A stretch of DNA of 64,000 bases from Candidatus Latescibacterota bacterium (GTDB taxonomy: Bacteria; Latescibacterota; UBA2968): the NCBI GenBank assembly GCA_965208125.1, contig OZ242320.1:4800001-4864000 (forward strand), given 5' to 3'. Of the stretch, positions 61,048 through 64,000 are shown piece after piece. The first letter of the stretch is position 1, and each line of letters starts with the position of its first letter. Under the pieces are notes generated by a model. It saw only the letters and a program-made list of their open reading frames with translations, had not been told where the DNA came from and did not search any database. The position numbers and the translations under genes are program-made.

Positions 61048-62432
61048 GGGGAGGTGTCCTGTTTTTTGCTGAGTAGCGCGCTGCTGTGCTTTTCTTCGAG
61101 TTGACGCGCTTGCACATAGTTTCCCTGACTTTTGGCAATGCGATGAAATTCTTCCCAGTAGCGTTCTGGCGCGATACGATAGGCCATTTCCGCGGCCTGG
61201 TATGCTCTCGCTCCCACATTTTGCAGGTCGGAGTTGAAATAGGCAATGGCCAGAGTAATCAGGGCTTCGCCGCGGTCTTGCCATCCAAAGGATGTCACGG
61301 GATAAATGGTTGAAATCGCCTCGCGGTACGCGCCTTCTTTGAGTTTTACACTCGCCAAACTAAGCGAAAGCCCGCCATAGGTATCGCACACTCTCGGTTC
61401 GTATTGGTTGTGCGCGTATGCGTATTTGGCATATTCAACAGCTCTGGGCAAGTCGTCTCGGTACGCGGTGAAGGCCATGTCGAGATAGAGGGCGGCGCGA
61501 GAGGTGTCGGATCTCGCATAGACCAGAGCGCGTTGCATGGCGTGGATTGCGCGGTTGGCTTCTTCTTCTTTGCTGTGGCGCAATCCCTTGAGGCGGTAGA
61601 TGGCACAGCGCATGTTATAGCCGCCGTCAAAGCGCGCGGCAGCGAGCACTTGATTGAACCAGTCGGGGTTATCGCCCAAAATGCCGCGGGAAGATGCGGC
61701 GGCAATTTTGGGGATATAAAAATCGGGTTCTATGCCTTCAAAATTGGCCTGTCCGGCGGTCTCGATCAAGTTCAAGCTGTTTTCGATATAGACGCTTAAA
61801 TAAGCCTGAAGGGTGTCACTCATGGTGCTGCGTTGAGGCGCCGCATAGACAATTTCCTTTTGCGTTCTGCCGAGAATCGCCATCCAAATGTCGCGCAGAC
61901 CACCCTCTGCGAGATGCCATATTCGGTGCAAGGAGTCAATTGTTGCGGGTTGAAAGCGCGTGGGTATCCAGGTGCTGTCTCGCAATGCTGGCGGAGGCAA
62001 ATCCAGCAGCAGGGGTTGGCGGTTGTTTTCGCGCTCGAGCACGAAGTTGGCACGCGCCATCGCGTATTTGACAGTGAGACGTCCCAATTCGTAGCGAACA
62101 TCGGGGTCTTGCTCGCGGTCGAGTGCCGTGCGGTAGGCGTCGGCACTTTTTCTGAGCAGGTCCAATCGGTTAGGCGCGTCCTGGCCCGTGTCGTAGGCGC
62201 GCTCGCCTGCCGTGCCCAGCCAGATATAATAGGCACTGGTAAAGATGAGGGCCTGGTTGCACGCGTGCTCAAAATGTGCGACGGCTTCGAGATATCGCCC
62301 GCTCTCATAAGCACTGCGGCCCTGCTCGAAAGCCTGATAGGCGAGGGCGTCGTCCTTTTCCTGGGCAAGGACAAGGGATGGCAAAATCAAAAAAGCGAGG
62401 GTAATGACTATTTTTTTCATAAGCGATCTCAC
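61044..62432 (-). CDS. Secreted TPR-repeat protein
   Basis: Signal peptide; G...Y..GRY.EA...FE.A helical repeats. Confidence 0.75.
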   Translation of the reverse strand: MRSLMKKIVITLAFLILPSLVLAQEKDDALAYQAFEQGRSAYESGRYLEAVAHFEHACNQALIFTSAYYIWLGTAGERAYDTGQDAPNRLDLLRKSADAYRTALDREQDPDVRYELGRLTVKYAMARANFVLERENNRQPLLLDLPPPALRDSTWIPTRFQPATIDSLHRIWHLAEGGLRDIWMAILGRTQKEIVYAAPQRSTMSDTLQAYLSVYIENSLNLIETAGQANFEGIEPDFYIPKIAAASSRGILGDNPDWFNQVLAAARFDGGYNMRCAIYRLKGLRHSKEEEANRAIHAMQRALVYARSDTSRAALYLDMAFTAYRDDLPRAVEYAKYAYAHNQYEPRVCDTYGGLSLSLASVKLKEGAYREAISTIYPVTSFGWQDRGEALITLAIAYFNSDLQNVGARAYQAAEMAYRIAPERYWEEFHRIAKSQGNYVQARQLEEKHSSALLSKKQDTSP

Positions 62433-63790
62433 GAATTGCTCAGGGCGCGGTTGAGAAAGCGGATGCCCCGGCGCGCTTCGGTTTCTATGTGAAGGGCTTT
62501 GTCCATACCCGAACGTGCGAAAATCTGAATGCCGTCGAGTCGGCCCAGTCGAAATGTGAGGATAAATGCAACACCGTCGGCAAATTGTATTCTGGCTTTG
62601 TTTGGCGCCAATGTGAGTTGGGTATTTTCATAGATTCTGTTTTGAGGCGTTTTCAGTCGAGAAAGTGCGCGCTGGATACGGGTCAAGCGCACGAGTTCTG
62701 CCGAGAGACCAGCCGATGTATGAAAATTGGAAAAACCAATGCGTCCCGCTGGCCGGTAGCCTTTGAGATCGGTGGATTCCGCTTGTTGCTCGGGCTGATC
62801 TTTGCCTTTTGATGGCAATGTGGCAGGGGTGGGTGCTGGCATACTCATAGTGGCGCGCGCGACATGGACTTCTGGCCGCGAACCAAAAAACGACGATGGG
62901 TTTGCACCTCTGTCCAGATTGGGTGCCGAGACGCGGGGTGGTGTTTTCAATCCACCGAGCGACATGCCGAGCGGCTTATCGAGTTGACGCGGAATATCGG
63001 GTAGTGATGCAAGTGCCAATTTCGGTTTGTCTGGCAGCGCGATTTTTGGACGAGGCGCAGGCTTTGGGGCAGCCTGAACCCGGGGTTCAGGATCTGGTTT
63101 TGTTATGCTGTCTTCCTCGCGTGTATTTTGGTTCATGTCAAAGATACCCTGCGCGCTTACGAGCATTTCTTCAAAATTTGTGACAATGGCTTTGAATGCC
63201 CGCCCCCCCTGGGGAGGACTGAGTGCCAATAGCAAGACGATGCCCAGTGCAAACGCACCGGCCAATGCGGGCAAAAAGCGTTGTTGTGTGCGTTGAATAG
63301 GGGCATAGGGTAACCGGATGGACTGCGATTGGAGGGCTGTCGCCTGGACAGGAACAAGGGCGATGGCGATTTCTATTTCATGCCGGCGATTGGGGTAGTG
63401 CGTCCAGAGTTTGGAAAGCCCCAGATAGTTCTGTTTGGCTACAAGCGCGCATGCTTCGTGAAAGATATGGCCTTTGTAGAAGCGGTTGATGATTTCGCGT
63501 GAGGGCAATTTAAAATGGCTCGATGGCGAAATCTGCCCGATGCACTCCTCAAAGCTGTCGGTTTCCGCTGGGGGGACATAACCCAGGTCTCGCAACTGTT
63601 TGAAGAGGTGTTTGATGGCCTGATGATAGTCACTTGCAAAGTCTTCGGGCGAGGGATAATTACATGCTCGACGCGCCTCAGATAAGTTGCGAGTGCGCAG
63701 TGTGGCAGATAACACGCCAAAGAGTTTGGGATGGTCCCGGCGCATGCTTTTAGCAGCGCTCTGGATCAAATTTTTTTCACGGGGAGACAT
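62429..63790 (-). CDS. Membrane protein with central TM helix and Pro-rich periplasmic linker (TonB/TolA-like layout)
   Basis: ALAGAFALGIVLLLAL followed by KPDPEP...PKPAPRP. Confidence 0.55.
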   Translation of the reverse strand: MSPREKNLIQSAAKSMRRDHPKLFGVLSATLRTRNLSEARRACNYPSPEDFASDYHQAIKHLFKQLRDLGYVPPAETDSFEECIGQISPSSHFKLPSREIINRFYKGHIFHEACALVAKQNYLGLSKLWTHYPNRRHEIEIAIALVPVQATALQSQSIRLPYAPIQRTQQRFLPALAGAFALGIVLLLALSPPQGGRAFKAIVTNFEEMLVSAQGIFDMNQNTREEDSITKPDPEPRVQAAPKPAPRPKIALPDKPKLALASLPDIPRQLDKPLGMSLGGLKTPPRVSAPNLDRGANPSSFFGSRPEVHVARATMSMPAPTPATLPSKGKDQPEQQAESTDLKGYRPAGRIGFSNFHTSAGLSAELVRLTRIQRALSRLKTPQNRIYENTQLTLAPNKARIQFADGVAFILTFRLGRLDGIQIFARSGMDKALHIETEARRGIRFLNRALSNS

Positions 63791-63798
63791 ATTCTATT

Positions 63799-64000
63799 TT
63801 ACAATTTTCTTTTTTGACTTTCAAGCCCCCATTGCACAGTCTTAAATCCGCTGCTGTTGAGGGCGTCGTACACACCAACGGTATAAGTCACGGTTGCATC
63901 GCGTTCAAAATAGAGGCGCACCAAAATGTCATTGGGCGCAAATCCGTGTTGCGTCTGTAGTGCGAGTAAAGCTTTTTTTACGGACAAGAATACAGCGCGT
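63799..64000 (-). CDS. ExbD/TolR-like biopolymer transporter, 3' part (truncated by the window edge)
   Basis: VRLYFERDATVTYTVGVYDALNSSGFKTV fits the ExbD C-terminal pattern. Confidence 0.55.
   Translation of the reverse strand, partial: RAVFLSVKKALLALQTQHGFAPNDILVRLYFERDATVTYTVGVYDALNSSGFKTVQWGLESQKRKL

Overview
Bacterial DNA. The FlgD-Ig/CTD protein, sigma-54 promoters and many dockerin-like and eukaryote-like repeat proteins suggest an FCB-group, host-associated lineage such as sponge Latescibacterota/Gemmatimonadota (inference). The window has two halves. (1) About 1-30.2 kb is an accessory island of five secreted modular proteins built from a shared parts kit: signal peptide, cohesin-like, dockerin/EF-hand-like, three LRR types, YWTD, NHL-like, FG-GAP, Ig-like and zinc metalloprotease modules. 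Deletion/fusion relics of the same modules lie between them, together with one intact and two fragmentary AAA-PD-(D/E)XK genes, a decayed HigBA pair, an IS3 remnant and a propeller-sensor sigma-54 activator beside a consensus -24/-12 promoter. The strongest hidden signal is that the ORF track splits one gene (26807-30163) at an in-frame TGA. This TGA sits in a U-P-S-C redoxin motif and is followed by an fdhF-like SECIS hairpin, so the gene likely encodes a secreted selenocysteine-thioredoxin/LRR/leishmanolysin-like fusion made by a visible domain swap. (2) About 30.4-64 kb is mostly housekeeping and metabolism: cobA-hemD, galU, mreBC, asd with a lysine riboswitch, glaH, hsp20, an acylase and an ExbD/TonB-like/TPR/PEGA operon. 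Small AT-richer inserts there include a methylase + EVE-like/PD-(D/E)XK nuclease pair, VapBC, a papain-fold two-gene cassette and an unidentified structured intergenic RNA candidate. All calls are by eye; no database searches were run.
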